Positions 8,470-16,372 of a stretch of 64,000 nucleotides of DNA are shown here, piece by piece (position 1 is the stretch's first letter; every line of letters begins with the position of its first letter). The notes under the pieces are model-generated. The model worked only from the letters and a program-made list of their open reading frames with translations. It was not told the origin of the DNA and did not search any database. The translations under genes were made by a program, and so were the position numbers. Origin of the DNA: Myxococcota bacterium (GTDB taxonomy: Bacteria; Myxococcota_A; UBA9160; SZUA-336); contig JBHHYV010000006.1 in the NCBI GenBank assembly GCA_046757685.1, positions 283 to 64,282 of the forward strand, read 5' to 3'.

Positions 8470-10469
8470 GCGGGGTGAGGCGCCCATCTCGCGGGCGGGT
8501 CTGCGTGCCGGGGCTGATGTGGGCGGGGGCCTTCGGCCTGCTGGTCGCACTGACGCTCGTGGCCGGGACTGCCTTCGCGCAGCAGATCCGCCTGGCGCGC
8601 GTGACGGAGGTGAGCGGCTACACGGAGCTGGGCCTTCGGGCCGAGAAGGACCGCCGAGACCGCAACAGCAAAGGGAGCGCGCTCCGCTCCAGCGAGCTCC
8701 GCCTCGATCAGCTGCTGCATCTCGATCTGGATGGGTATCTCTATCACCCGCGCTTCGTTCGCTTCCATGGCTCGGGCGAGCTGCACTTCTTTCAGACGCC
8801 CGTGAGCGGCGGTTCCTCCGTGCTCCGGAGCGTCGACCGGGAGCTCGCGAGTGGGAGCTGGATCCTGACCTTTCTCGAGGAGCACCCCTATGGACTGAAC
8901 GTATTCGGAAACGTGTCGGACCAGGACGTGGATGCGAGCTTCACCCCTACGTTCCTGCTCCACAACGAGCTCTTCGGGGCGACGTTCCACTTCCGCCGGG
9001 GCCCGCTGCCCTTCCAGGTCACCTACGATCAGCGTTCGCGGGCGGGTACGGGTCCCACCTCGGTAATCGACGAGGTCGGAACGGACTTCTCGGTCCGCTC
9101 CGACTACCGGATCGGGGAGAGCTCGCAGGGGGGGCTGGAGTATCGCCGCAGCGTCGACGACATCCGCCAGCAGGACCAGATCATCGACCGGAGCTCCTTC
9201 TCGGTCGACAATGTGACCTATCTCGATCCGGAGCGACGCAGGAGACTGAGAGGCAACCTTCGCTTCTTCCAGCAGGTGGACGTCAGCCGCCTCACCCGGC
9301 TCTCGGCCCTCGGCGGCCTCGACTGGCGCCACTCGAAGCGGCTGACGTCTCGCCTGAACTTGGATCTCGAGCAGACTCGCATCGCCGGTCAGCGAACGAC
9401 GAACTGGAACCTGGAGGCGGGAGCCCGCCATCAGCTCTACGAGAGCCTCGCCTCGGACCTCGCGATCTACGCTCGTCTCCAGGACGCTACGTTCGGAAGC
9501 GACAACAGCTTCGGCGGGACGCTCTCGGAGCAGTACACGAAGCGCCTTGGCGGATGGGGGCGAGTGAACCTCAGCTTGATCCCCTTCGGTCAGCTTGAGC
9601 AGATTCGTTCGAGCCAAGACACGGCTCAGGTCGTCGACGAAGGCCAGGTCCTCCAGGACGCGGTCCCGGCCGTGCTCAAGCAGCCGGATGTCCTCCCTGG
9701 ATCCATCGTCGTGACGGACGCCGCCGGGCTCATCGTCTTCCAGGAGAGCCTGGACTACGCGGTCCAGATCCGAGGAAGCCAGACCGAGATCCTGAGGCTG
9801 GCGGGCGGAGCGATCGCGAATCTCGACACGGTGCTCGTCGACTACGAGCACCGACTCCCGAGCGCGCAGGATGTCCTGCTCTCGGGGGTCAACGGCCAGC
9901 TTCGGGTCTCGCTTCCCCTCGGGATCGCGCTCTTCGGGACGTTGCTCGACCAGAATCAGCGCAAGCTCTCGGGCGACCTGACCTCCAAGCTGGAGTCGCG
10001 CAATCGCCTGTCTAGCGGCATCGAGCTCAACAGGACCTGGATGTCCGCGCGAGTCGAGGCCGAGCGAGAGACCTCGACCTTCGCCTCCTTCCGGGCGCTC
10101 TCGCAGACCCTGAGCTTGTTCACCGAGAGCGGATCGGCATGGCGGGGACGCGTTTCCGGGACTCACCGCCAGCTCCGCTATACGGACTCCGACCAGAGGA
10201 TCTCCCGCACCCTGGCCGCGGCGACCCTTCGCCGGCAGTTCTTGACCTCGGGACGCCTCGAGCTGGCGATCGACTACGAGCGAACGCGCTGGTCCGGTGG
10301 AGTCAACCCGGAGTTCAACGATGTCGATGGACTGGGTGTGAAGGCGTCCCTCGAGTGGTCGTTTCGTCGCATCACGGTCACGGTCACCGGGAATCTCAAG
10401 CGGCTCGAACGGCTGCAGCAGCGGGAGAGGCAGAATCGGATCCTTCTGCGGGTCCGGAGAGACTTCTAG
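8466..10469 (+). CDS. putative outer-membrane beta-barrel protein (porin partner of the cytochromes)
   Basis: The ATG overlaps the upstream stop (ATGA). Signal peptide ...LVAGTAFAQQ, no Cys, many short alternating polar/hydrophobic stretches, and a C-terminus ...ILLRVRRDF ending in Phe. I did not recognise a family. The call rests on composition and context. Confidence 0.55.
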   Translation: MSGVRRPSRGRVCVPGLMWAGAFGLLVALTLVAGTAFAQQIRLARVTEVSGYTELGLRAEKDRRDRNSKGSALRSSELRLDQLLHLDLDGYLYHPRFVRFHGSGELHFFQTPVSGGSSVLRSVDRELASGSWILTFLEEHPYGLNVFGNVSDQDVDASFTPTFLLHNELFGATFHFRRGPLPFQVTYDQRSRAGTGPTSVIDEVGTDFSVRSDYRIGESSQGGLEYRRSVDDIRQQDQIIDRSSFSVDNVTYLDPERRRRLRGNLRFFQQVDVSRLTRLSALGGLDWRHSKRLTSRLNLDLEQTRIAGQRTTNWNLEAGARHQLYESLASDLAIYARLQDATFGSDNSFGGTLSEQYTKRLGGWGRVNLSLIPFGQLEQIRSSQDTAQVVDEGQVLQDAVPAVLKQPDVLPGSIVVTDAAGLIVFQESLDYAVQIRGSQTEILRLAGGAIANLDTVLVDYEHRLPSAQDVLLSGVNGQLRVSLPLGIALFGTLLDQNQRKLSGDLTSKLESRNRLSSGIELNRTWMSARVEAERETSTFASFRALSQTLSLFTESGSAWRGRVSGTHRQLRYTDSDQRISRTLAAATLRRQFLTSGRLELAIDYERTRWSGGVNPEFNDVDGLGVKASLEWSFRRITVTVTGNLKRLERLQQRERQNRILLRVRRDF

Positions 10470-10477
10470 GGGTCCAC

Positions 10478-11569
10478 GTGGGTCAGCGAGCCAGCGTCCA
10501 CCGATCGCGCTCCAGAGCTCCCCACACGTCCCCGGCGCTCCGGGTCGGGCTGGCAGCGCTCTGGGGCCTGGGGCTCTGGGCCGCGATCGCCTGCGCTCGC
10601 CCTCCCAGCCCGCGCGCCTGGGACGCGCCCGGCGAGTCTCGCGTCTGGCCCGCCGGGCCCGACCCCGGTCGGATCGAGTATGTCGGGGCACTGCAGTCGG
10701 GCGAGGACCTGGGACGGCCCAGGGGACTCCTGGAGCGCCTGGTCCGCGGTCTCGCCGGAGCGGAGCCAGACCGGATGCTCGCGCCGCTCGCGGTTGCGGT
10801 CACTCCTTCAGGCCTCCTGGTCGTGGCCGATCCCGGCGTACCGACGCTCCACTTCTTCGATCTCGGGCGCCGCCGCTACGATCGGCTGGATGCCGACGCC
10901 GCTCGGACCCTGCGTTCTCCCGTCGGGGTCGCGGTGGCGGACGGCGGTCGCACCTTCGTGTCGGACTCGGCGCTCGGACGGGTCTTCGTCTTCGATGCCG
11001 ATCGCCGGAGGATCGGCGACTTCGGAGCCGGAGTCCTGCAGCGACCCACGGGCCTCGCTCTCGATCCGAGCCAGGATCATCTCTACGTGGTCGATACGCT
11101 GGCCTGCCAGGTGGTCGTCTTCGATGTCGCGGGGCGACCGGTGCGGCGCTTCGGAGAGCGTGGGACGGGCCCCGGCCAGTTCAATGGTCCGACCCACATC
11201 GCGATCGCCCCGGATGGAACGATCGCGATCTCGGACTCGCTCAACTTCCGGGTCCAGGTCTTTCACCCGGATGGCACCCTGAGCCACTCCGTCGGTCGTC
11301 CAGGAGACGTGGCGGGAAGCTTCGCCCGCCCGAAGGGCGTCGGCTTCGACTCGTTCGGGAATCTCTACGTGGTGGATGCCGCCTTCGAGAACGTCCAGAT
11401 CTTCGGTCCCGAGGGAGCCCTCCTGCTTGCATTCGGCCACGCGGGCGGCGGGATCGGGGGCTTCTCTCTCCCGGCCGGGATCGCGATCGATGACAGAGAC
11501 AGGATCTGGGTCGCAGATTCCTTCAACCAGCGCGTCCAGGTCTTTCGGCTGCGCCCAGGTCCGCGATGA
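10478..11569 (+). CDS. NHL-repeat beta-propeller lipoprotein (paralogue of 5462..6628)
   Basis: GTG start 8 nt after the upstream stop. Lipobox LWAAIAC. NHL blades include PLAVAVTPSGLLVVADPGVPTLHFFD, PTGLALDPSQDHLYVVDTLACQVVVFD, PTHIAIAPDGTIAISDSLNFRVQVF and PKGVGFDSFGNLYVVDAAFENVQIF. Confidence 0.8.
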   Translation: MGQRASVHRSRSRAPHTSPALRVGLAALWGLGLWAAIACARPPSPRAWDAPGESRVWPAGPDPGRIEYVGALQSGEDLGRPRGLLERLVRGLAGAEPDRMLAPLAVAVTPSGLLVVADPGVPTLHFFDLGRRRYDRLDADAARTLRSPVGVAVADGGRTFVSDSALGRVFVFDADRRRIGDFGAGVLQRPTGLALDPSQDHLYVVDTLACQVVVFDVAGRPVRRFGERGTGPGQFNGPTHIAIAPDGTIAISDSLNFRVQVFHPDGTLSHSVGRPGDVAGSFARPKGVGFDSFGNLYVVDAAFENVQIFGPEGALLLAFGHAGGGIGGFSLPAGIAIDDRDRIWVADSFNQRVQVFRLRPGPR

Positions 11570-13269
11570 GGCCGCGGCGCGTGGCGATGGGGCTCGGCCT
11601 GCTGGCGGCGACTCTGCTGCCGCCGGGAAACGCGGGAGCACAGATCGTTGGATCCAAGCACGATCTCTCGGTCAGCGGCCAGGGACCGGTGAAGTCGTCG
11701 GGCGAGAGCGAGGTATGCATCTTCTGCCATACACCCCACAACGCCGCGCCGGCGACTCCGCTCTGGAACCGGACGCTCCCCAGCTTGACCTACACTCCCT
11801 ATTCCAGCTCCACCCTGCAGTCGCAGCCGGGTCAGCCTACCGGCGCTTCGAAGCTCTGTCTCAGCTGCCACGACGGGACGATTGCGCTCGGCTCCGTGCT
11901 GAGCCGCGCCGCGCCCATTCCCATGACCGGAGCGCTCCCACCGCACTCCGACCTGACGACGGATCTCTCCGACGATCATCCCGTCTCGTTCGTCTACGAC
12001 TCCTCGCTGGCCGCGGCGGACCCCGAGATCGTGGATCCGACCCTCCTGCCTCAGGGCATCCGGACCGACCCGAACGGGCAGCTCCAGTGTACGAGCTGCC
12101 ACGAGCCGCACTCCAATCTGCACGGGGACTTTCTCGTCGTGGCCAACGGCTTCTCGGCACTCTGTCTCGCCTGTCACGAGAAGGTGGGGTGGCCGGGGAG
12201 CGCGCACGAAACCTCGTCCGCGACCTGGAACGGAGCGGGCGTCGACCCGTGGCCGCACACCGACGAGATCACGGTTGCAGCCAATGGCTGCGAGAACTGC
12301 CACGCTCCCCACGCAGCGGGATCGGCCCAGTGGCTGCTGAACGAGCTTCGGGAAGAGGACAACTGCCTCGCGTGTCACGAGGGAACCGTGGCCACGCTGG
12401 ACATCGGAGGCGAGCTGCAGAAGCCCTTCCGCCACCCCGTAGGTGCCTTCCTGGGACTGCATCATCCCGAGGAGGACCCGCGCCAGATGCCCCGACACGT
12501 CGAGTGCGAGGACTGCCACGATCCGCACGCGGCGACCCAGGGAAGCGCGTTCCCCCCTGATGTCAGCGGACCCCTCGTGGGAGCCTCAGGCGTCTCGGCA
12601 TCCGGGAGCCCGGTCGCCGTGGCGAGCTTCCAGTACGAGGTCTGCTTTGCATGCCACGCGGAGGGAGCGGGCGTACCCCCCCCAGGCGTGACACGGCAGA
12701 TTCTGGAGCCGAGCTTGAGGCTCAAGCTCGACGCCTCCAATCCGTCGTTCCATCCAGTCGAGGCCCCGGGTCGGAACCCGAGCGTACCGAGCCTCCTGTC
12801 GCCCCTCTCGGAAGCCTCTCTGATCTACTGCACCGACTGCCATGCCAGCGACGACGGCCCGGGGAGCGGAGGTTCGGGTCCCGCGGGCCCCCATGGCTCC
12901 ATCTGGCCTGCGCTGCTGGAGCGCGAGTACCGGACCGGGGATGGAACCAGCGAGAGCTTTCAGGCCTACGCGCTCTGCTACAAGTGCCACGACCGAAGCA
13001 GCATCCTGGGAAACCAGAGCTTCTCCGAACACCGCAAGCACATCGTAGGGGAAAGGGCTCCGTGCTCCGCATGCCATGACCCCCATGGGATCAGCGTCAC
13101 GGAGGGCGACGCGACTCACAACTCGCATCTCATCAACTTCGACGTCGACATCGTGTCGCCGAACCCCTCGAACGGTCGCCTCGAGTTCGTGGACCTTGGC
13201 ATTCGCACCGGGAAATGCAGCCTCGAGTGCCACGGCGAGCGTCACGACGACAAGTCCTATCGGCCCTGA
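11566..13269 (+). CDS. secreted multihaem c-type cytochrome (11 CXXCH + CX3CH)
   Basis: The ATG overlaps the upstream stop (ATGA). Signal peptide ...GNAGA-QIV, 11 CXXCH motifs and a C-terminal CSLECH. The first ~200 aa are collinear with the tetrahaem protein at 4737..5366. Confidence 0.85.
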   Translation: MRPRRVAMGLGLLAATLLPPGNAGAQIVGSKHDLSVSGQGPVKSSGESEVCIFCHTPHNAAPATPLWNRTLPSLTYTPYSSSTLQSQPGQPTGASKLCLSCHDGTIALGSVLSRAAPIPMTGALPPHSDLTTDLSDDHPVSFVYDSSLAAADPEIVDPTLLPQGIRTDPNGQLQCTSCHEPHSNLHGDFLVVANGFSALCLACHEKVGWPGSAHETSSATWNGAGVDPWPHTDEITVAANGCENCHAPHAAGSAQWLLNELREEDNCLACHEGTVATLDIGGELQKPFRHPVGAFLGLHHPEEDPRQMPRHVECEDCHDPHAATQGSAFPPDVSGPLVGASGVSASGSPVAVASFQYEVCFACHAEGAGVPPPGVTRQILEPSLRLKLDASNPSFHPVEAPGRNPSVPSLLSPLSEASLIYCTDCHASDDGPGSGGSGPAGPHGSIWPALLEREYRTGDGTSESFQAYALCYKCHDRSSILGNQSFSEHRKHIVGERAPCSACHDPHGISVTEGDATHNSHLINFDVDIVSPNPSNGRLEFVDLGIRTGKCSLECHGERHDDKSYRP

Positions 13270-13426
13270 CTCGCAGTCCTCCAGGAAGGCCCAGGACGGT
13301 CCCCCGGCGAGGCATCCTGTCCCCGATGTGGCGAAACGACTCTCGAAGACCCAGAGCCTTGCCTCTGCGAATGACGCAACGCGCCGAGCGAGGCCGGCCG
13401 GTCGGCGCCGGTGGGCGTTCTGCGCG

Positions 13427-13443
13427 AGGCACGCGAATTGCAA
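13427..13443 (+). promoter_or_regulatory. candidate sigma-54 (-24/-12) promoter
   Basis: AGGCACGcgaaTTGCAA is a near-perfect match to TGGCACG-N4-TTGCW, with GG at 13428-13429 and GC at 13440-13441. It lies in the gap after 13269 and inside the 5' extension of track ORF 13411..14160. Confidence 0.6.
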
Positions 13444-13509
13444 ATCTGGCCCCGCAGTGGGCCTCACGGACCGGAGGACGGGACGGGGCGCCACGGCGCG
13501 GAGGATCGC

Positions 13510-14160
13510 GTGGAGAGCGAGAGGCAGCCGACGGCCGGGTCCGGAGACGGTGGCGCTGGCAGTCCGCCGCCCTATCAGCTCGCGACGTGGGCGCTGTTGG
13601 GCGTCGCGGTCGTGGTGGTGCTGGGGCTCCTCTCCCTTCGCTGTTCACTCGGCCCCCATACGCCGCGTAGCTACTCGAGCCGGACGCTTCCTGCCGAGCC
13701 CACCCCGCGCCTGCTCCCGCCGCCGGCCTGGGACGACTCGGAGTATCCGTGCAGCGATTGTCACGAAGACGAGCCGACGAACCGGACGGTACGGATGCTC
13801 GAAGAGGAGCATGACGAGCTCGAGTTCACGCACGGGAACATCTGGTGCCTGGACTGCCACGATGCAGACCAACGCGATCGACTCCACCTGGCGAATGGGA
13901 CTCTCGTCGATTTCGACGACTCCTGGCGGCTCTGCACCCAGTGCCACCCGCACAAGCTCGCGGATTGGAGAGCGGGAGTGCACGGCAAGCGGACCGGCAG
14001 CTGGTGGGGCACCAAGAGCTACCAGACGTGCGTGAGCTGCCACGATCCCCACTCCCCGCACTTCAAGCCTCTTGCGCCCAAGCCCCCTCCCCAGAGACCG
14101 GGCCAGATCGTTGCCAGGGCGCACGTACCGTGGGAGAAGCCCTCGAATGAAGGACGCTGA
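13510..14160 (+). CDS. membrane-anchored tetrahaem c-type cytochrome (NrfB/CbcS-like position)
   Basis: Start reassigned to GTG 13510, which has a GGAGGA 4 nt upstream and lies downstream of the sigma-54 motif. One TM helix (WALLGVAVVVVLGLLSL) and four CXXCH motifs (CSDCH, CLDCH, CTQCH, CVSCH). Confidence 0.75.
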   Translation: MESERQPTAGSGDGGAGSPPPYQLATWALLGVAVVVVLGLLSLRCSLGPHTPRSYSSRTLPAEPTPRLLPPPAWDDSEYPCSDCHEDEPTNRTVRMLEEEHDELEFTHGNIWCLDCHDADQRDRLHLANGTLVDFDDSWRLCTQCHPHKLADWRAGVHGKRTGSWWGTKSYQTCVSCHDPHSPHFKPLAPKPPPQRPGQIVARAHVPWEKPSNEGR

Positions 14161-15076
14161 CTCGACGGGCGTGCAAGGCGCGCACAGAGCCTCGCGCCGG
14201 AAGTTCCTGAAGGGCGCCGCAGCGGGCCTGGGTGCGCTCGCCGGTGTTCCGGCGGCTGCGCAGGCCTTCGACCTGGAGGCCTTCTTCCAGAAGCACTTCC
14301 GCCTGCTCTCGGACGAAGAGCTTGCCGAGACGCTGAGACGGCTGCAGCGCAGGTACTCCAAGCGCTACGGCAAGGAAGTGCGCGTGTCCGCCACCGGGCC
14401 CGTCGATGGGGTGGTCTTCGGCTACGGTCTCGACGTCTCGCGCTGCATTGGCTGCAGGCGCTGCGTCTACGCCTGCGTAGAGGAGAACAACCAGTCCCGC
14501 GATCCGGAGATCCAGTGGATCCGTGTGCTGGAGTTCGAGCGCGAGAAGGCGATCCGCCGCATCGATCTCGATGAGGGCAATCCCTACTACGACGCCGAGC
14601 AGGTCCCCGAACCGGGGAAGTTCTACCTTCCGATCGCTTGCCAGCAGTGCGAAGACTCCCCGTGCACCAACGTCTGCCCGACGGGTGCGACTTGGCGCGA
14701 GCCCGACGGGATCGTGGTCATCGACTACGACTGGTGCATCGGGTGCCGATACTGCATGGCCGCGTGCCCCTATGGGGCAAGGCACTTCAACTGGGGCGAG
14801 CCTCAGCTCGACTCGGAGGAGCTGAACCCCGATACCCACTTCCTGGGGAACCGGCCGCGACCCAAGGGGGTGGTCGAGAAGTGCACGTTCTGCATCCAGC
14901 GAGTCCGGAACGGGCGCTATCCAGCCTGCGTCGAAGCGTGTCCGGTCGGGGCTCGCAAGTTCGGAAACCTGCTCGATCCGAAGAGTGAGATCCGCTACCT
15001 GCTCGAGCACAAGAGGACCTTCGTCCTCAAGGCCGAGCTCGAGACCCGGCCCAAGTTCTTCTACTTCTACGGCTGA
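14147..15076 (+). CDS. Tat-exported 4Fe-4S ferredoxin-type subunit (NrfC/PsrB/HybA family)
   Basis: Twin-arginine signal SRRKFLKGAAAGLGALA. Multiple CxxCxxCxxxCP clusters (CIGCRRCVYAC, CQQCEDSPCTNVCP, CIGCRYCMAACP, CTFC...CVEACP). Confidence 0.85.
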   Translation: MKDADSTGVQGAHRASRRKFLKGAAAGLGALAGVPAAAQAFDLEAFFQKHFRLLSDEELAETLRRLQRRYSKRYGKEVRVSATGPVDGVVFGYGLDVSRCIGCRRCVYACVEENNQSRDPEIQWIRVLEFEREKAIRRIDLDEGNPYYDAEQVPEPGKFYLPIACQQCEDSPCTNVCPTGATWREPDGIVVIDYDWCIGCRYCMAACPYGARHFNWGEPQLDSEELNPDTHFLGNRPRPKGVVEKCTFCIQRVRNGRYPACVEACPVGARKFGNLLDPKSEIRYLLEHKRTFVLKAELETRPKFFYFYG

Positions 15077-15112
15077 GCGAGTCGCGGATCATGAAGGGGA
15101 GTCGCTAGCGCC

Positions 15113-16333
15113 ATGCGGAGCCTGCGGAGCTTCTGGAGCTTCATCGAGGGGAGCGCGTCGATCTTGCTTCGAGGGAGTCGCGCCTACTTCGGGTGGATCG
15201 CCTTCCTCGTGACGATGATCCTCATCGGGGGCGTCGCCTATGCCAATCAGGCGATCTTCGGCCTGATCACCTCGAATATGCGCGACCAGGTTTCCTGGGG
15301 ATTCTACATCGGGAACTTCGCGTTCATGGTGGGAGTGGCGGCGGCCGCGGTGGTGCTGGTCATCCCGGCCTACGTATACGATTGGAAGCCGATCCGAGAG
15401 GTGGTGCTACTCGGCGAGCTGATGGCAATCGCGGCAATCATCATGTCCGTTCTCTTCGTAACAGTGGACCTGGGTCGCCCGGAGCGCTTCTGGCATCTCC
15501 TCCCGCTCCTGGGAAACCCGAACTTCCCGTTCTCGCTTCTCGTCTGGGACGTTCTCGTTCTGAGCGCCTACTTCCTGATCAACTACTTCATCGTGACTTA
15601 CCTGCTCTACAAGGGGTATACCGGTCAGAAGTACAGCAGCGCCTTCATTCTTCCGATCATCTTTCTCTCGATTCCGCTCGCTGTCTCGATTCATACGGTC
15701 ACTGCCTTCCTCTTCATGGGTCTCAAGGCGAGAGGCTTCTGGCACACTGCAATCTTGGCGCCGCGCTTTCTGGCCAGTGCGTTCTGCTCGGGTCCGGCGA
15801 TCCTGCTGCTGATCTTTCAGGTGCAGCGGCGCGTCGGGACCATACCGATCTCGGATAGGGCCCTGCGGAAGATCGGAGAACTGATCGCCTACGCGCTGGC
15901 GGTGAACCTGTTCTTCGTCGCCGCGGAAGCGTTCACCGAGTTCTACGCTCTGAGAGCCGAGTCGATCCATGCCGAGCTCCAGTGGTTCGGGGTACCGGGG
16001 CGGAGAGACATCGCGTTCTACAGCTGGGTGTCCCTGGGGACCCAGATCCTCGCGTTCATCGGGTTCGCGGTCCCCGCACTCAGGAACCGTTTCGTGGTGC
16101 TGAACTTCGCCAGCGTTCTGGCGATCGTGGGCGTGTTCATCGAGAAGGGAATGGGCCTGCTGGTGCCCGGGATGACGCCCGACATGCTTGGGGAGGTGTA
16201 CTTCTATGTTCCCAGCATGAACGAGGTGCTCGTGGCGGTGGGCGTATGGGGAGTGGGTGCGCTGCTGTTCACGCTGATGTCGAGAGTAGCGATGGCGGTC
16301 AGCGATGGTAGCCTTCGTCAGCCGGCCAGTTGA
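15113..16333 (+). CDS. NrfD/PsrC-family polytopic quinol-interacting membrane subunit
   Basis: 406-aa protein with about 10 hydrophobic helices, immediately after the FeS subunit. N-terminal region typical of NrfD-like proteins (WGFYIGNFAFMVGVAAA). Confidence 0.85.
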   Translation: MRSLRSFWSFIEGSASILLRGSRAYFGWIAFLVTMILIGGVAYANQAIFGLITSNMRDQVSWGFYIGNFAFMVGVAAAAVVLVIPAYVYDWKPIREVVLLGELMAIAAIIMSVLFVTVDLGRPERFWHLLPLLGNPNFPFSLLVWDVLVLSAYFLINYFIVTYLLYKGYTGQKYSSAFILPIIFLSIPLAVSIHTVTAFLFMGLKARGFWHTAILAPRFLASAFCSGPAILLLIFQVQRRVGTIPISDRALRKIGELIAYALAVNLFFVAAEAFTEFYALRAESIHAELQWFGVPGRRDIAFYSWVSLGTQILAFIGFAVPALRNRFVVLNFASVLAIVGVFIEKGMGLLVPGMTPDMLGEVYFYVPSMNEVLVAVGVWGVGALLFTLMSRVAMAVSDGSLRQPAS

Positions 16334-16372
16334 AGCGCGACAACCGAATGCCGCGCACGGGGGGTAGCGGGA

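Noticed and set aside
13411-13509. The 5' extension of the tetrahaem ORF (track start at 13411).
   Set aside because: It contains the near-consensus sigma-54 -24/-12 element. The in-frame GTG at 13510 has a GGAGGA ribosome-binding site, and the extension (MGVLREARELQIWPRSGPHG...) has no signal or TM character.
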